Source: Octopus vulgaris | Lineage: Eukaryota | Direction: 5' to 3' | DNA: 64,000 nt | Assembly: GCA_951406725.2 (NCBI GenBank) | Contig: OX597820.1 | Location: 56,110,001-56,174,000, forward strand | Shown here: one piece after another, positions 25,844-39,706 of the stretch | Position numbering within the stretch: the first letter of the stretch is position 1 | Layout: each line of letters starts with the position of its first letter | The notes under the pieces: generated by a model | Told to the model about the DNA's origin: nothing | The model's database searches: none | What the model saw: the letters and a program-made list of their open reading frames with translations, nothing else | Translations under genes and position numbers: made by a program

Positions 25844-27793
25844 CACTCTCTCACTCTTTCTCTCTTTTTTTCTCTCTCACTTCACTTCTGTCCCACCTCT
25901 CTCTCGCGTTGCCACTCACTTCAACTATACCTCCTCTATTTAACACCTTTTATCTCTCTTTTTCTTTGTACCTCTCCCTTCAACTTTTTTATGTTTTCCT
26001 TTTTACGTAACATACACCACTGGTACGTACGTACAAAAGCAAGCATATGAATATTTTTGATAATGATAATAATAATAACAATCCTATCTACTATAGACAC
26101 AAAGCTTGAAATTTCATCGACCCCAGTGTTTCACTGGTACTTAATTTATCGACCCCGAAAGGATAAAAAGACAAAGTCGACCTCTGTGGAACTTGAAATC
26201 AGAACGTAGCGACAGGCGTAATATCGCACGTTGGACGAAGTACTTAGCATTTCATCCAGTGTTCTAACGACCCTCCCGAGACACAGCACAAATATGTTTC
26301 AATACATGAGTTGACATCATGAAAATTGCAAGCCGAATACAAAATCCAATTAATGATAATGAATAAATATGTGCTAACCAAATGAAAGTAATGAGAATGG
26401 TATATCATTTTACAGAGATTGTGATGATAAATAGGACGAAAGCTATAACGACAACGACAATGGGAATGACATCGACGACAATGACGACGACGATGATGAT
26501 GACGACAACTACGACGATGCCGATGATGACAATGATGATAAGGAGTGGGAGGAAGTGAGGAAAATGTGGGACAGAAGAGGATTAATGGAGCACTGCCTTA
26601 AGGGGTTTTAGTCGAACAAATGGATCTCAGGACTTACTTTTTAAACCTAGTACTTATTCTATCAGTCACTTTTACTGAACCGCTATGTTAGGTGGATGTA
26701 CACACACCAACATCGGTTGTCAAGCGGGACAAACACAGACAACAAAGTCACAAACACATAGATATACACATATATGTACGACAGGGTTCTTTCAGTTTCT
26801 GGCTACCAAATCCACTTACGAGCATATAGTAAGAGACACTTGCTCAAAGTTTCCCGCAATGGGACCGAGCTTGGGACCATGTGATTAGGAAGCAAGCTTC
26901 TTACCACACAGCTACGCCTGCGCCTATATAGGTGTGTGTGTGTGTGAGTGAGGGTGTGTGTGTGTGTATACATGTGTTTGTGTATATTTGTTTATATAAG
27001 TATCAATGAACGTGCACCTTTATTAAATGCTTGCAATTATGTATACATACATACACACGTGCGAGCGCCCACGTATATTTATTATTACATGTGTGCTCAC
27101 GCGTGTGTATGCATTTCATTGTCTCTTAGGTTTAGCCTCTATTCAAATGGCAGAATTTCACAAATCTCTAATCTTCACGTGAATCTCCAATATTAGTTTT
27201 ATTCTAATACAATATATATTAGGAACGTGCTTCTGATTCTAAGCCAATTCGTTAAGCCACAAACGAAACTGCAGGCTCTTGAGTCACTTTTGTCACTTTG
27301 TTCTTTTATTAGGGTTGGCTTGATGTTAAAGACTAATACTAACAATACCACGACTGCTACGTTGCTATATTCGTTGTTTAAAAATCCCTCTCACATGCCA
27401 ACAGGCATGGTTTATCTTGCGTTATCTTACGAGCTTTCCTTTCTTTATTAAATCAGTAGAGCATATTTGAAGGAAGTCTGACTGCTATTTGTAGAAGCCT
27501 CAGGCTCAGAAACTGCTCGGGGGCGTGCTCATTGACTCACTTCGTGTTGTTGTTTGGCACCAGATCATCCTCTATGTTCGAAGGCATTGATGCCTTGGTA
27601 ATTCGGCATTTTCCCTTTTTATACATGGAATCCAGGACAGCATCATATAACGCGTTTCTTTCTAAGATGATAGCGTGGAATTCTAGGGAATTCAGCTGCT
27701 TATTCTAGCAAATCAAACGACCGTGTTTAGGCTCCTTTGCTGGTTTGCATTAATTCGGCAAAGATAACACCAATTGCACACGCACGCACACAC

Positions 27794-27869
<76 letters not shown>

Positions 27870-28213
27870 GCACACACACACAAGCACACACGTACGCATA
27901 TACATGTACACATGCAAACATATGCACACATATGAGCCACGTGAAAGGAAGCTCTGATTAATAACGCTCTTCACACGTACAACTGTGTGTTGAAACACTT
28001 GACTTGTGCCAACACTATTAATATGTTATTTTGGGAAATAAGGGAAAGAAATTCGAAAAAAAAAAAGCAAAACGCTTGGGGAATAAGAATATTGTTGGTT
28101 TTCTTGTTTTCAAATTAGCGATATTGTGTGTGTATGGGTGCGTGTGTGTGTGTGTATATGTGTGAGACCATGTATTTGTGGATATAATATCACTGTATAG
28201 ATATAAATGAACA

Positions 28214-28282
<69 letters not shown>

Positions 28283-28386
28283 GTCTGTCTGTCTGTCTGT
28301 CTGCCTGCCTGCCTGCCTGCCTGCCTGTCTGTCTGTCTGTCTGTCTGCCTGTCTGTCTGTTTGCCTGTCTGTCTGTTAAATGACCA

Positions 28387-28495
<109 letters not shown>

Positions 28496-28907
28496 TTCTG
28501 CCTATCTGTTTGTCTGTCTCTCTTTATCTGTACTGTCACAAATTTACACAGATATGCAAAAAAATACTTTTATATATACTTTCATATATATATATTTGTA
28601 CACACAGAGACACGCACGCACGCAAACACATACACACATGCACACACACGCACACGCACATACACATACGCACATACATACATGCACATGTATATGTATA
28701 TATACGGAGGATATATAACGTAGATAAATCTACTGTTTATTTGAAAGGCTTAACTATGGAGGTAGATTTGCTATAAAAACATTCTATTGTTATCCTAAGT
28801 AATCAGAAAAATATTTGGGAATCTTCTGGTAGATCTGTTTACAAATCTCTATATAGCTACTGTTCAAGGGAAAACCCATAAGAGAAATAGAAATTAATGT
28901 TGGTATT

Positions 28908-29068
28908 TTATTTACATTATTTACATTCGACGGATATTTGTCCTCATCTTGTTTGTTGTTAAAACAATTTTTCGGCTGATATACCCTCCAGCCTTCTTCA
29001 GGTGCCTTGGGGGAAATTTCGAACCTGTGTTCTCATTCCTAAGGTATCTTTCGATGTTGTTGTTGTTG

Positions 29069-29125
<57 letters not shown>

Positions 29126-29402
29126 TCACTGCTTGGAATCGAACTCGGAATCTTGGGGTTAGTAGCCCGCGCTCTTAACTACTATGCCATATGCCCACAG
29201 GCATATGGCGTAGTGGTTAATAACATCGAAAAATACCTTAGGAATGAGAACTCAGGTTCGAAAGACACCTGAAGAAGGCTGGAGAGTATATCAGCCGAAA
29301 CGTTGCGTTAACAACAAACAAGATGAGGACAAATATCCGTCGAATGTAAATAATGTAAATAATGTAAATGATGTGCATAATTCCTCATCTCTTAAATATA
29401 GG
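28908..29402. mobile_element. tRNA-headed element with a PLE-type hammerhead-bearing tail, inserted as a head-to-head pair with a 12-bp TSD
   Basis: TSD AATGTTGGTATT at 28896-28907 and 29403-29414; minus copy 29196 to 28908 with A/B boxes; plus copy 29200 to 29402 with an internal deletion and a 40-nt extra tail. Confidence 0.85.
29264..29309 (+). ncRNA. Minimal hammerhead-like motif
   Basis: GACAC-CUGAAGA-A-GGCUG(10 nt)CAGCC-GAAA-CGU-U-GCGUU; ACGU palindromic stem III; one mismatch in stem I. Confidence 0.55.
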
Positions 29403-29744
29403 AATGTTGGTATTATCCAATTCTTATTTCTTCTGCCAATGCTTTGCCGTAGGGTTAATCTGTTGCTGTTTGTACTCATTTTCAACTGAGAAAACTAGAA
29501 TAACATAAAATGAAGTGTTTTTCTCAAAAACACAACGCATCGCCTGGCTATCGGAACTACTATATCAAGTAATCTTTAGACTGCAATATATAATTTGGGA
29601 AGGGCACGGCTGCGAATATATGTAGCCAAATAGGGTTCCTCAAAAAGGCTTCTGGTGTAACATTATTCGACAGGGTGTCTAACTCGGCGATCAGGGAATC
29701 TCTTTGAGTCCAGCCGCTATTTGTCTGCATTGAGAAGTCACAGA

Positions 29745-30000
29745 TCCGGTACAACGAATGCGTGATCAGAATGTCGCAAGAAAGAATTGCAAGACGGATT
29801 TCACAAGCCGTGCCAACCGACAGGAAATCTAAGGGCAGACCAAGATTGTTTGGTAATATTCATAGTCTCAGTTGGTCATACTTGGGAATCCAGCCAAAAA
29901 GTCTACTGATGGTTGCTTCTGATAGAATCCTACGAAGATGTCTTTAGATTCTATTCCCACGACCCTTCTAGGGATAAAATATGGAAAAGATGGATGAATG
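29745..30000 (+). mobile_element. RTE-like LINE 3' end
   Basis: VIRMSQERIARRISQAVPTDRKSKGRPR; ends near a GATG repeat. Confidence 0.55.
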
Positions 30001-30078
30001 GACGGATGATTATTCAAAAAATTATTTTTAAAAATGGAAATTTTGAATAAATATGGTGGAAAGAAAATCAAAACTCAC

Positions 30079-30243
30079 CGACACACATAGGAGGGTCTTT
30101 GGACCAAGTATCCCGGTTGCATTCAGCAAAACGCTGACCGACCAATGCAAATTTTCGCTTGCAGCTGAAGAATACATATCTCCTCGAATCTCTGTATTTT
30201 ACTTTCAGGTTTGGTACTCTTCGAATATGAGGACATCTACCCT
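30079..30243 (-). CDS. Exon: Sushi/CCP domain 1
   Basis: ttctttcattcttttag|AG GGT... translates GRCPHIRRVPNLKVKYRDSRRYVFFSCKRKFALVGQRFAECNRDTWSKDPPMCV (4 Cys plus W...P.C); donor G|GTGAGT; 165 nt, phase 1-1; absent from the ORF track in this frame. Confidence 0.9.
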
Positions 30244-30759
30244 CTAAAAGAATGAAAGAAAGAGCAACAATATTAAAAATGTTAACTGAAATTCTTCACT
30301 TAGTTGCGAGGCTAAATTTTTATTGAGAAGGAAATCAAGATTGTGTAACTTCATTCTGTTTTAATTATTATTATCCTTTGACCAGTTAGTTTCAGTCATT
30401 GGACTACGGCCACCCGAAGAATACAGAACATTGACTTCGAAGAGTATCGTTGATCATATCGACACCCAGTACTTGCATTTATTTCGGTGTGGTACTTGCC
30501 TTTTTTTTTTATCGTTCTCTATTTTCTGAATCGATTAATTACCTATTTAACCAGAGTGGACAAACAAGGACAGACAAAAGGATTAAGTCGATTACATCGA
30601 CCCCAGTGCGTAACTGGTACTTATTTAATCGACCCCAAAAAGGATGAAAGGCAAAGTCGACCTCGGCGGAATTTGAACTCAGAACGTAGCGGCAGACGAA
30701 ATACTGCTAAGCATTTCGCCCGGCGTGCAAACGTTTCTGCCAGCTCGCCGCCTTGATGG

Positions 30760-31270
30760 CTACTTGCTCGTTCTCTAGTATAGCCATCACTTGATGTATT
30801 TCAGAATCGGTCTCATGTGTGAGCAGCACGGGTGTGACTTTTTACGTCAGCAAGAGACCTACACTCTTTGGCTCAAATGTTACATACATGATTGCCCTCC
30901 ACAAACACGAGTGACTTGTTAGTCATCCTGCACTTTCAGGTGTCGTTTCAAGCTCCCAGCTGATAAACAACCCTTGCCATATTCATAGCATGTTGTTATA
31001 CTGCATATGGTGCAATCCAAGTTCAACTCTCTGTACATGGCTTCCTTTGTGACTTTTCAGCCCCACTCTACTGAAGTAGACTCTCCCGCATGAATTGCAT
31101 GTCAGCTCGCGCTGATCATCTGCATTTCCTGGAATTATCACAACTATATCCTTTCAAACATCCATCTTCAACTTTTCACAATTCGAGCTACTACGAACTT
31201 CTCAACTCTATCATCTACTGCTTTCCTCCATCTTGCCCGATTACTTGGAGTTTCTGCCCATTCCTTTAGT
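30760..31270 (-). mobile_element. RTE-like LINE 3' end with C2H2-like remnants
   Basis: EWAETPSNRARWRKAV...; CNSCGRVYFSRVGLKSH. Confidence 0.6.
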
Positions 31271-31335
31271 GAGTGTATGTATGTATGTATGTATGTATGT
31301 ATGTATGTATGTATGTATGTATGTATGTATGTATG

Positions 31336-31367
<32 letters not shown>

Positions 31368-31433
31368 TGTATGTACGTACGTACGTACGTATGTATGTAT
31401 GTGCGTGCGTGCGTGCGTATGTATGTATGTATG

Positions 31434-31467
<34 letters not shown>

Positions 31468-32673
31468 TGTATGTATGTATGTATGTATGTATGTATGTAT
31501 GTATGCATGCATGCATGTTTATTTGTAAGACATTGTCAATTCGGGAATACAGTAAAAGAAAATCAAAATGCTGTACAATGGGATAGAAACCAGAACACCA
31601 AACGTACAAAGCGAGAACTTTTTGATCGCATAGACATATTTCTTTCTTACCAAGTCCTTTGAGTTTGTTGCAATGGTTAATACTTACTACAGAGAATGTC
31701 TTCATGTTATGATAGAGAGAAAAAATGTTTTTTATCTAAGGTATCTCACTACTATTGCTAATTCCTTGGGTAAAGGATGTTTTCAGCAAGATATTTTCTG
31801 TGGAGGCTGTTAGTAGAAGGTAAATAATTCTAGGAAACAGTTTTGGTTTCTGTCAATATAATCTTTAAAAACGACAAATAAATCAGTCAAAAGCAGCGAT
31901 TTGTTAAAGGACGAGTGATTATCGCTTGATTGACCCTTTGCATGTCCTGTTTATCATATGTGATGCATAATACACGCATCGTACGTAATATATATTCTCA
32001 TTTTTTTAACCACCAGAGTAACTTAGGACTTATGATAAAAACGTTTTATATATATCAGAACATGCATAAATACATACATACATACATACATACATATCAC
32101 CGTGATCACCGTGACCGACCAGGCTATCAGATGTTGTTACACATCGCTGGTCACAATGCGTTTCGCATTGTTTTAGCCTTCAAATGACGCCACCCCGCTG
32201 GCTAAGCGAGCAGGCCAACAGAAGAAAAAGTGAGAGAAAGTTGTGGCGAAAGAGTACAGCAGGGCTCGCCACCACCCCTGCCGGAGCCTCGTGGAGCTTT
32301 AGGTGTTTTCGCTCAATAAACACTCACAACGCCCGGTCTGGGAATCGAAACCGTGATCTTACGACTGCGAGTCCGCTGCCCTAACAACTGGGCCACTGCG
32401 CCACACATACATAAGTATATACACACATATATGTGAAGGCGTGTGGCTTAGTGGTTACCAGCTCAAGATCTTAAAGTCGTGAGTTCGATACTCGGCAGCG
32501 CGTTGTGTCCTTGAGCAAGATACTTTATTTCACGTAGCTCCAGTAATCTCAGCTGGCAAAAATGTGTAGCACTTGCGTTTCAAAGTGACAACTCTGTCAC
32601 ATTTTGTGTCACACGGAATCTTTCTGAGAAGGGTATGCGTATTTGTGAAGCGCTTGAACGGAATGCTAGTGAA

Positions 32674-32723
<50 letters not shown>

Positions 32724-32883
32724 ATATAAATATAAATATATACATACAATATTTATCTTTTACTTATTTCAATTATATATTATATGATCTATATGTGTGT
32801 GAGTGTATATATTTCTGTTTTATGTATATGTTTGTATATATAAATATATATATATATATGATTTTATATGTATATAAAATGAT

Positions 32884-32914
<31 letters not shown>

Positions 32915-33029
32915 AAATACACGCACACACACACACTCACACACATATATAAACGGTGGTGCCCCAGCATGGCCGCAGTCATTGGACTGAAATTTATATA
33001 TATATATTGTAAATCGGCCCCCCCCCCAA

Positions 33030-33205
33030 AAAAAAACCCAAACAAACACAAGAAAACAACAACGCGAGAACGTGGTACATGTAAAGTATTAGCAGATGTT
33101 CAGGGAAAGAAAGAAAGATGGTTTAACCATTTGAGCAGACGCTCTTCTTTGGAAAGAGAGGAAAGTCCAATAGAAAGGAAGACGGAGGAAAAAAATCGCC
33201 AACTA
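33030..33205 (-). mobile_element. Degenerate PLE-type terminal repeat
   Basis: Reverse complement resembles 45690-45870. Confidence 0.5.
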
Positions 33206-33243
33206 TTCACACACACACACACACACATACACACACATATCTA

Positions 33244-33478
33244 CGGGGTTGGCCATAAGTCACCCGACAGTAAATCAAAATTCCACAAATACTATTTGTA
33301 ATTCTGTATTGACTCGAATGGAAAAATGTGTCGCTCAAGAAGGAGTTCAGTTTGAACGCTTTTCACGAGGTTTCATATTTAGAATGCTTTTATTAAATTC
33401 ATTCAGTTGTTAAACATAAATAAATCTTGGAATTAAATGGTTTTGATTTACTGCCAGGTGACATTTTGGCCAACCAAG
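33244..33478. mobile_element. Tc1/mariner-type MITE
   Basis: TA-flanked imperfect TIRs of about 37 bp (CGGGGTTGGCCATAAGTCACC.GACAGTAAATCAAAA). Confidence 0.75.
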
Positions 33479-35953
33479 TATATTTACACAAATACAAATG
33501 TGCAAATATATATAGAAATGTGCATTTAGTTAAAATGCGTAGACTGATACTGAAATACAGGCTTACACACATAGTCAATCGTTCCCTGTTATACACATTA
33601 ACATACATATCTTGGTTTCAAATTCTGGCCTAAGGCCAGCAGGTTCGGGGTAGAGACTAATTCCATTAAATCGGTCCCAGTGTTCAATTGCTACTTGACA
33701 TACATATATTACCCCTCAAACACATTTTATACAGTTACGTGAATATACATCAACAGCATATATAAGTTAACGCATGCATGTGTACAATATACGTTCAAGG
33801 GTTTGCACTGACCGACATGCAATCTAAAACGGTGATGTATATACACCCCAGTGTATTTAGCTACTTATCTCTCTTCGCTTCTCTTTACTCACACAATGAC
33901 ACACAAGCATTACCTCTAGAAACGTCACAACGACAACTAAACTAGTTTATAATATACTGTATATTCAGTTATATCATGCCACTTGACATCTATCTCTACC
34001 AACGATTCTCTGTGCTAATGACGAAGTAACATCAATTCATAAATACTGTATTTTAAAGAAGCGTTGTGATGATTTATTCCCTGAAAGCGGCGAGCTGGCA
34101 GAATCGTTAGCGCACTGGATAAAATGCTTAACGGCATTTCTTCTGGCCTTACGTTCCGAGTTAAAATGCCGTTGATATCAACTACTGTCTTTCATCCTTT
34201 CGGGGTTCATAAAATAAGTACCAGTCGATCACTGAAGTCGATAGATAATCGACTGACCCTTTCCTAATTTCAAACTTTAGATTAGAATCTATAAGGAATC
34301 GATAGAGCGTCGTTTTCGCTTCGTGGCCGTTGTTGCAACTCTTTATGTTCTGAGTTCAAATCTCGCTGTGGTCATCAGAAATCGTTATTGTTTAGCTTCC
34401 TGCCAATCCTGACTGGACAGGCCTTTAATCAAAAGTATTCCAACTCTGATCATCTTAACCTTTTATATTAGTACAAGGGACAGTGCATATGACTACATTA
34501 TCCGATTTGTCTTTGTAAAGGTACGATACAATTGTACTGTACCATGGGCATGTGCCTTTTTTTTATAATTTCATATACCGAGGGAGATGAATGATCATAT
34601 AAGAATATTTCAAATATTACACATATATCCTCGTTTATCACTGGTGTTTGGTTAAAAAAAACCCTACCATATTGAATGAGTGATAAATGGATAATAGATC
34701 ATGTGGAAAAAAATGGTTTCGTTTCTCAGACCCCAAGTTAACATGAGCATTGTGGGCAGTCGCTGGCGGGCGCTTTTGCTGTCGAAGCAAATCTTTGACT
34801 AATTACAGATCCGTGTTATGACAAATCAATTCGTGATAAGCATAACTCGGTCCACAATTGAGCATACGGCTTTATCCCGGATCAGTTATAACTGATTCAG
34901 TCATAAAGGTGGATAGATGTATTCAAATGATTAGTGCTCATCTGGTACTTATTTTATCGTCCCCGAAAAGATGAAAGGCAAAGTCGATCTCGACGGAATT
35001 CGAACGCTGAATATAAAGACTGATCATATACCTCTAAGCATTTCGCCCGTAGTGCTAACTATTCTGCCAGCTGACCACATTAAACAGACATCTATATATA
35101 TTATCGATCGTTCATACACAGGGCATGCGTTTTGTTTATAAGCCGAATTTGGTGGATCTGAGATGTGCTTTTAATTCATAATATATAATATAATATAATA
35201 TAATATAATATAATATAATATATATATATATATATATATGGTTATATTAATAACCATATTGACATACACGCAAATATTTAATACAGTTCCATAAATATAC
35301 GTTAACATATATAATAGGGACAAACATAGCTGCCAGGTTAACCAGCTTGTTCTGTAACCACATGGTTTCAGATTCACTCCTACTGCACGCCACTTTCGAC
35401 AGGTGTCTTCCACTATAGTCTCGGATCGAGCGAGTCTGGAAAACAGAAACTGTGCGGAAGCCCGTCGTGCACACGCACATATACGCATAATGCCCAGTTG
35501 TATGTGAAATAAGAATGTAAACATTTTTTTTTCATGCTATTGATGTACAGAAAATAGGGGTGGTCTCCTGGCAGACCGTTTTTTTAGAGATAACGTACCC
35601 AGTTTCCTTCTCCTGTCAAAAGTACATCATAATATTCAGCTGCTATATAAAGCAGTTACTAATAGAGGATAACTTAATTTAATTCTATGTGCGCTTCATA
35701 GTTCGTCACCAATTAAACAGAATATTTTTTTTTACACACGATACAATTTGAATCAGAAAAACTGAGATAAAATTGAATATTACTAAACAATGCACTACAG
35801 TGCAAACTAAATTTAGGACTGTTTTATAATTCAGTTGAAAGTTCTGTGCTATTTGATTGGGAACAAAAACTGAGTACAAACTGTGAAAATATCCGCAGGA
35901 AGCTCCTCACGATTTTTCCTCCGAATATTAAAAACATCAAAGGAATGTGTTTA

Positions 35954-36028
<75 letters not shown>

Positions 36029-36208
36029 TATTATTATTATTATTGACCAACAGTTTAGCTTTATAATACATGAATTTATTTCAGTTCTGATTCATGCTAT
36101 ATTGTGTTTCCATGTGGTTTCCGTCTGCCAAACTTACAATGCATAGGTCGACCTGGGACTATTGTAGAAGACGTTTGCATAAGGTGCGGCCATGCCTGCA
36201 CCATATAA

Positions 36209-36247
<39 letters not shown>

Positions 36248-36344
36248 AAAAAAGGTTTGAAAATGCAATTTAAACGATGTTTATTTACTTAACCGGTTTC
36301 ACTCTTTGGTAAAAGATTGTCAAAAGTTACATTTAAGGAAACAT

Positions 36345-36570
36345 TGAATAATATGGGTTCAAAAAAAGTTTTTTACATAATTGTCACATTGAATATTATG
36401 CATTCAAAAAAGTTTTTTACATAATTGTCACATTGGATATTATGGGTTCAAAAAAAGTTTTTTACATAATTGTCACATTGAATATTATGCATTCAAAAAA
36501 GTTTTTTACATAATTGTCACATTGGATATTATGAATTCAAAAATGTTTTTTTATACATAATTGTCACATT
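36345..36570. repeat. Tandem repeat of about 45 bp (about 5 units, alternating variants) inside the PLE 3' region; mirrored at about 41097-41322
   Basis: Unit TTCAAAAAAGTTTTTTACATAATTGTCACATTG(A/G)ATATTATG(CA/GG). Confidence 0.9.
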
Positions 36571-37962
36571 ATTTGGGAAAATTTGGCAGAAAAGGATAAA
36601 ACAAATATATTATTGGGAATTGGTTGCGTTAATTATTGGTTGTCGCAAATTGTCACATTACATGTATATATATACAATCTTTGGTATATATATACAGCGT
36701 TTTGACAGCAAAAATTAAAATGGATTTTTTGTCCATCTCAGAATATTTTAAGTATGTTTTTACTGACCTGTCAGTATTAGCAGAAAGGCTGAACTGAGAG
36801 AACAGAAGTAGCCAATGTGGTGTATACTTCCCCTTTATGCATGAATGATTTTGGGGTTATCAGGAGGTTAGTATGCGGGTGTGAATAGATGTGTCCGTGC
36901 CTGCTGGTCAGACAGCGTCTGTTTGTCACACACATATATATACACACAAACACACACACACACAACAACACACACACACACACACATAGTATACAAACAC
37001 AAACCACATACAAACAACACACACACACACAGAACACACACACCCACACACAACGCACCCACATATATCACATATACACACAGCACACAAATATAACATG
37101 TATCTATATATAACATACACAGATATATAACACACATACACACACACACACACACACACGCACACATACATACATAATATAAATATCACACAAATACACC
37201 TAGCATATATATATACACACATACAATACACACATACAGCATGTAAGTAATATACATACACAATATATGCATGCAATATACATACGCAATACATACATAT
37301 AATATATATATATATAGACAATGCATATACATATATACACATATACATATAAATAGTGTTTACATACACATACATAGATGTACCACATATACACACAACA
37401 CACATACATACAATGCATACACATACACGTACGCATACATATAATATATATATACACACACACACACATAACATACATACACACACAATGCATACATATA
37501 TATACACGCAATGCATATACATGTATTCATGCACATATAGCACACCTACAATATACATATATACAGTGCACACATACACACAAATATATACACTTAATTG
37601 TACACGTACATATACAATACACATACATACAATATACATATATACAATGCGCATGCAAATAATGTACATGTTTATACACACATAAACATGCAAATAAATA
37701 TACACACACACACATACACACACACACATATATATACACATATATATATATATATATACACACATACATACATACATACATGCACATACATATATTTTTT
37801 CACACACATACACACACACATATATATATAAAAAATTCACCACCCCCCACACACACAAATTACAAACCTATAGCGTACACACTCAAATATATCTCTACAT
37901 GCCGCACATACACACAAACAAAGTACTAACATATACACACATACCATGCATATACACACACA

Positions 37963-38006
<44 letters not shown>

Positions 38007-38374
38007 AGATACATATGTAAATACATACACACGTATACAATGCTCACACACACACACACACACACATACACACACACCCGCACACAGTGCACACACACAC
38101 ACACATATATACACACGTGCACACACACAAACACATACAACGCGCGCACACACACATATACACACACACGCACACAGTGCACACACACACACACACACAC
38201 ATATATCACCTACATATATATAATGCATGCGTGTGCATGCCACGTATGTGTGCGGTCAATGCCCGCTAGTGTGTCCTATGCGTGCCGATGCGCGCATGTG
38301 CCCGCCCGCACGATATGCTGTGAGCGTGCGCGCGTCCCTGTGTGCTTGCTCTGGATGTGCTTCCAGGGGGTATG

Positions 38375-38621
38375 TTAGAGTATGTTTAGTTGTGGTCTGT
38401 ATTTTTGAATAAGATTACTTTCCTTATTTATTCGTGTTTGGTCTGTGGTGTTGTCCGAGCATTGGTATAGTGGGAAGACTAAGAATTTGGGGGACTTATT
38501 GTGTGCACAAAGGTCTAAGTGTCCACTTAGTGGTATCTGTCTTGTGGAGGGGTCCCTCAGTTGTTGTCGGTGAACTGTCATTCTGTCTCTGAGGGTAAGG
38601 CTCGTTTGCCCTATGTAGTCC
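38375..38621 (-). pseudogene. PLE GIY-YIG endonuclease C-terminal fragment
   Basis: DYIGQTSLTLRDRMTVHRQQLRDP...LSGHLDLC...RINKESNLIQKYRPQLN; its last part is repeated on + at 39124-39292. Confidence 0.88.
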
Positions 38622-38627
38622 CTCAGT

Positions 38628-39123
38628 ATGAATACTGAGCAATATAAAAACTCTGTATCTCTCCTTTTAGAGGATACCACATACTACGAAAGAGTAGTCG
38701 ACTACCAGCAATCCAAAACAATGACCAATCTGAAGGCACTCATTTACCAACACCGGAATGACTTGACAGCAAAGGAATGCGACTACATTACTAAATTTAA
38801 TTGCAAAACCAGCACACTCTATGGCCTTCCAAAAATACACAAGAGTCAAATTATCACAGAAGCTTGCAAAAAGTCCACTTCAACCTGCATCACTATACCA
38901 CATCCCACTGATCTCAAACTGAGACCAATAGTGGCAGGCCCAAGTTGTGAAACACACAGACTTAGCAACTTTATAGATATCATCTTAAAGCCAATACTGA
39001 AACACATTCCAAGTATTGTAAGAGATGACCTGGACCTATTAAACCATCTCCCCAAACATGCCGATAAAGACACCTTAATCGTTTCTTTTGATGTTATTAA
39101 TCTTTACACCACAATCCCACATG
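38628..39123 (+). pseudogene. PLE reverse transcriptase N-terminal fragment
   Basis: LYGLPKIHK...LRPIVAG...SFDVINLYTTIP motifs; open frame with no internal stops; truncated by a deletion junction. Confidence 0.93.
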
Positions 39124-39660
39124 AAGACAGATACCACTAAGTGGACACTTAGACCTTTGTGCACACAATAAGTCCCCCAAATTCTTAGTCTTCCCACTAT
39201 ACCAATGCTCGGACAACACCACAGACCAAACACGAATAAATAAGGAAAGTAATCTTATTCAAAAATACAGACCACAACTAAACATACTCTAACATACCCC
39301 CTGGAAGCACATCCAGAGCAAGCACACAGGGACGCGCGCACGCTCACAGCATATCGTGCGGGCGGGCACATGCGCGCATCGGCACGCATAGGACACACTA
39401 GCGGGCATTGACCGCACACATACGTGGCATGCACACGCATGCATTATATATATGTAGGTGATATATGTGTGTGTGTGTGTGTGTGTGCACTGTGTGCGTG
39501 TGTGTGTATATGTGTGTGTGCGCGCGTTGTATGTGTTTGTGTGTGTGCACGTGTGTATATATGTGTGTGTGTGTGTGCACTGTGTGCGGGTGTGTGTGTA
39601 TGTGTGTGTGTGTGTGTGTGTGAGCATTGTATACGTGTGTATGTATTTACATATGTATCT

Positions 39661-39706
<46 letters not shown>

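Noticed and set aside
29122-29196. Functional tRNA gene
   Set aside because: The acceptor stem does not pair and it is embedded in a TSD-flanked repeat; the same applies to the other SINE heads.
36345-36570. CRISPR-like array
   Set aside because: Contiguous tandem units with no unique spacers, in a eukaryotic retroelement context.
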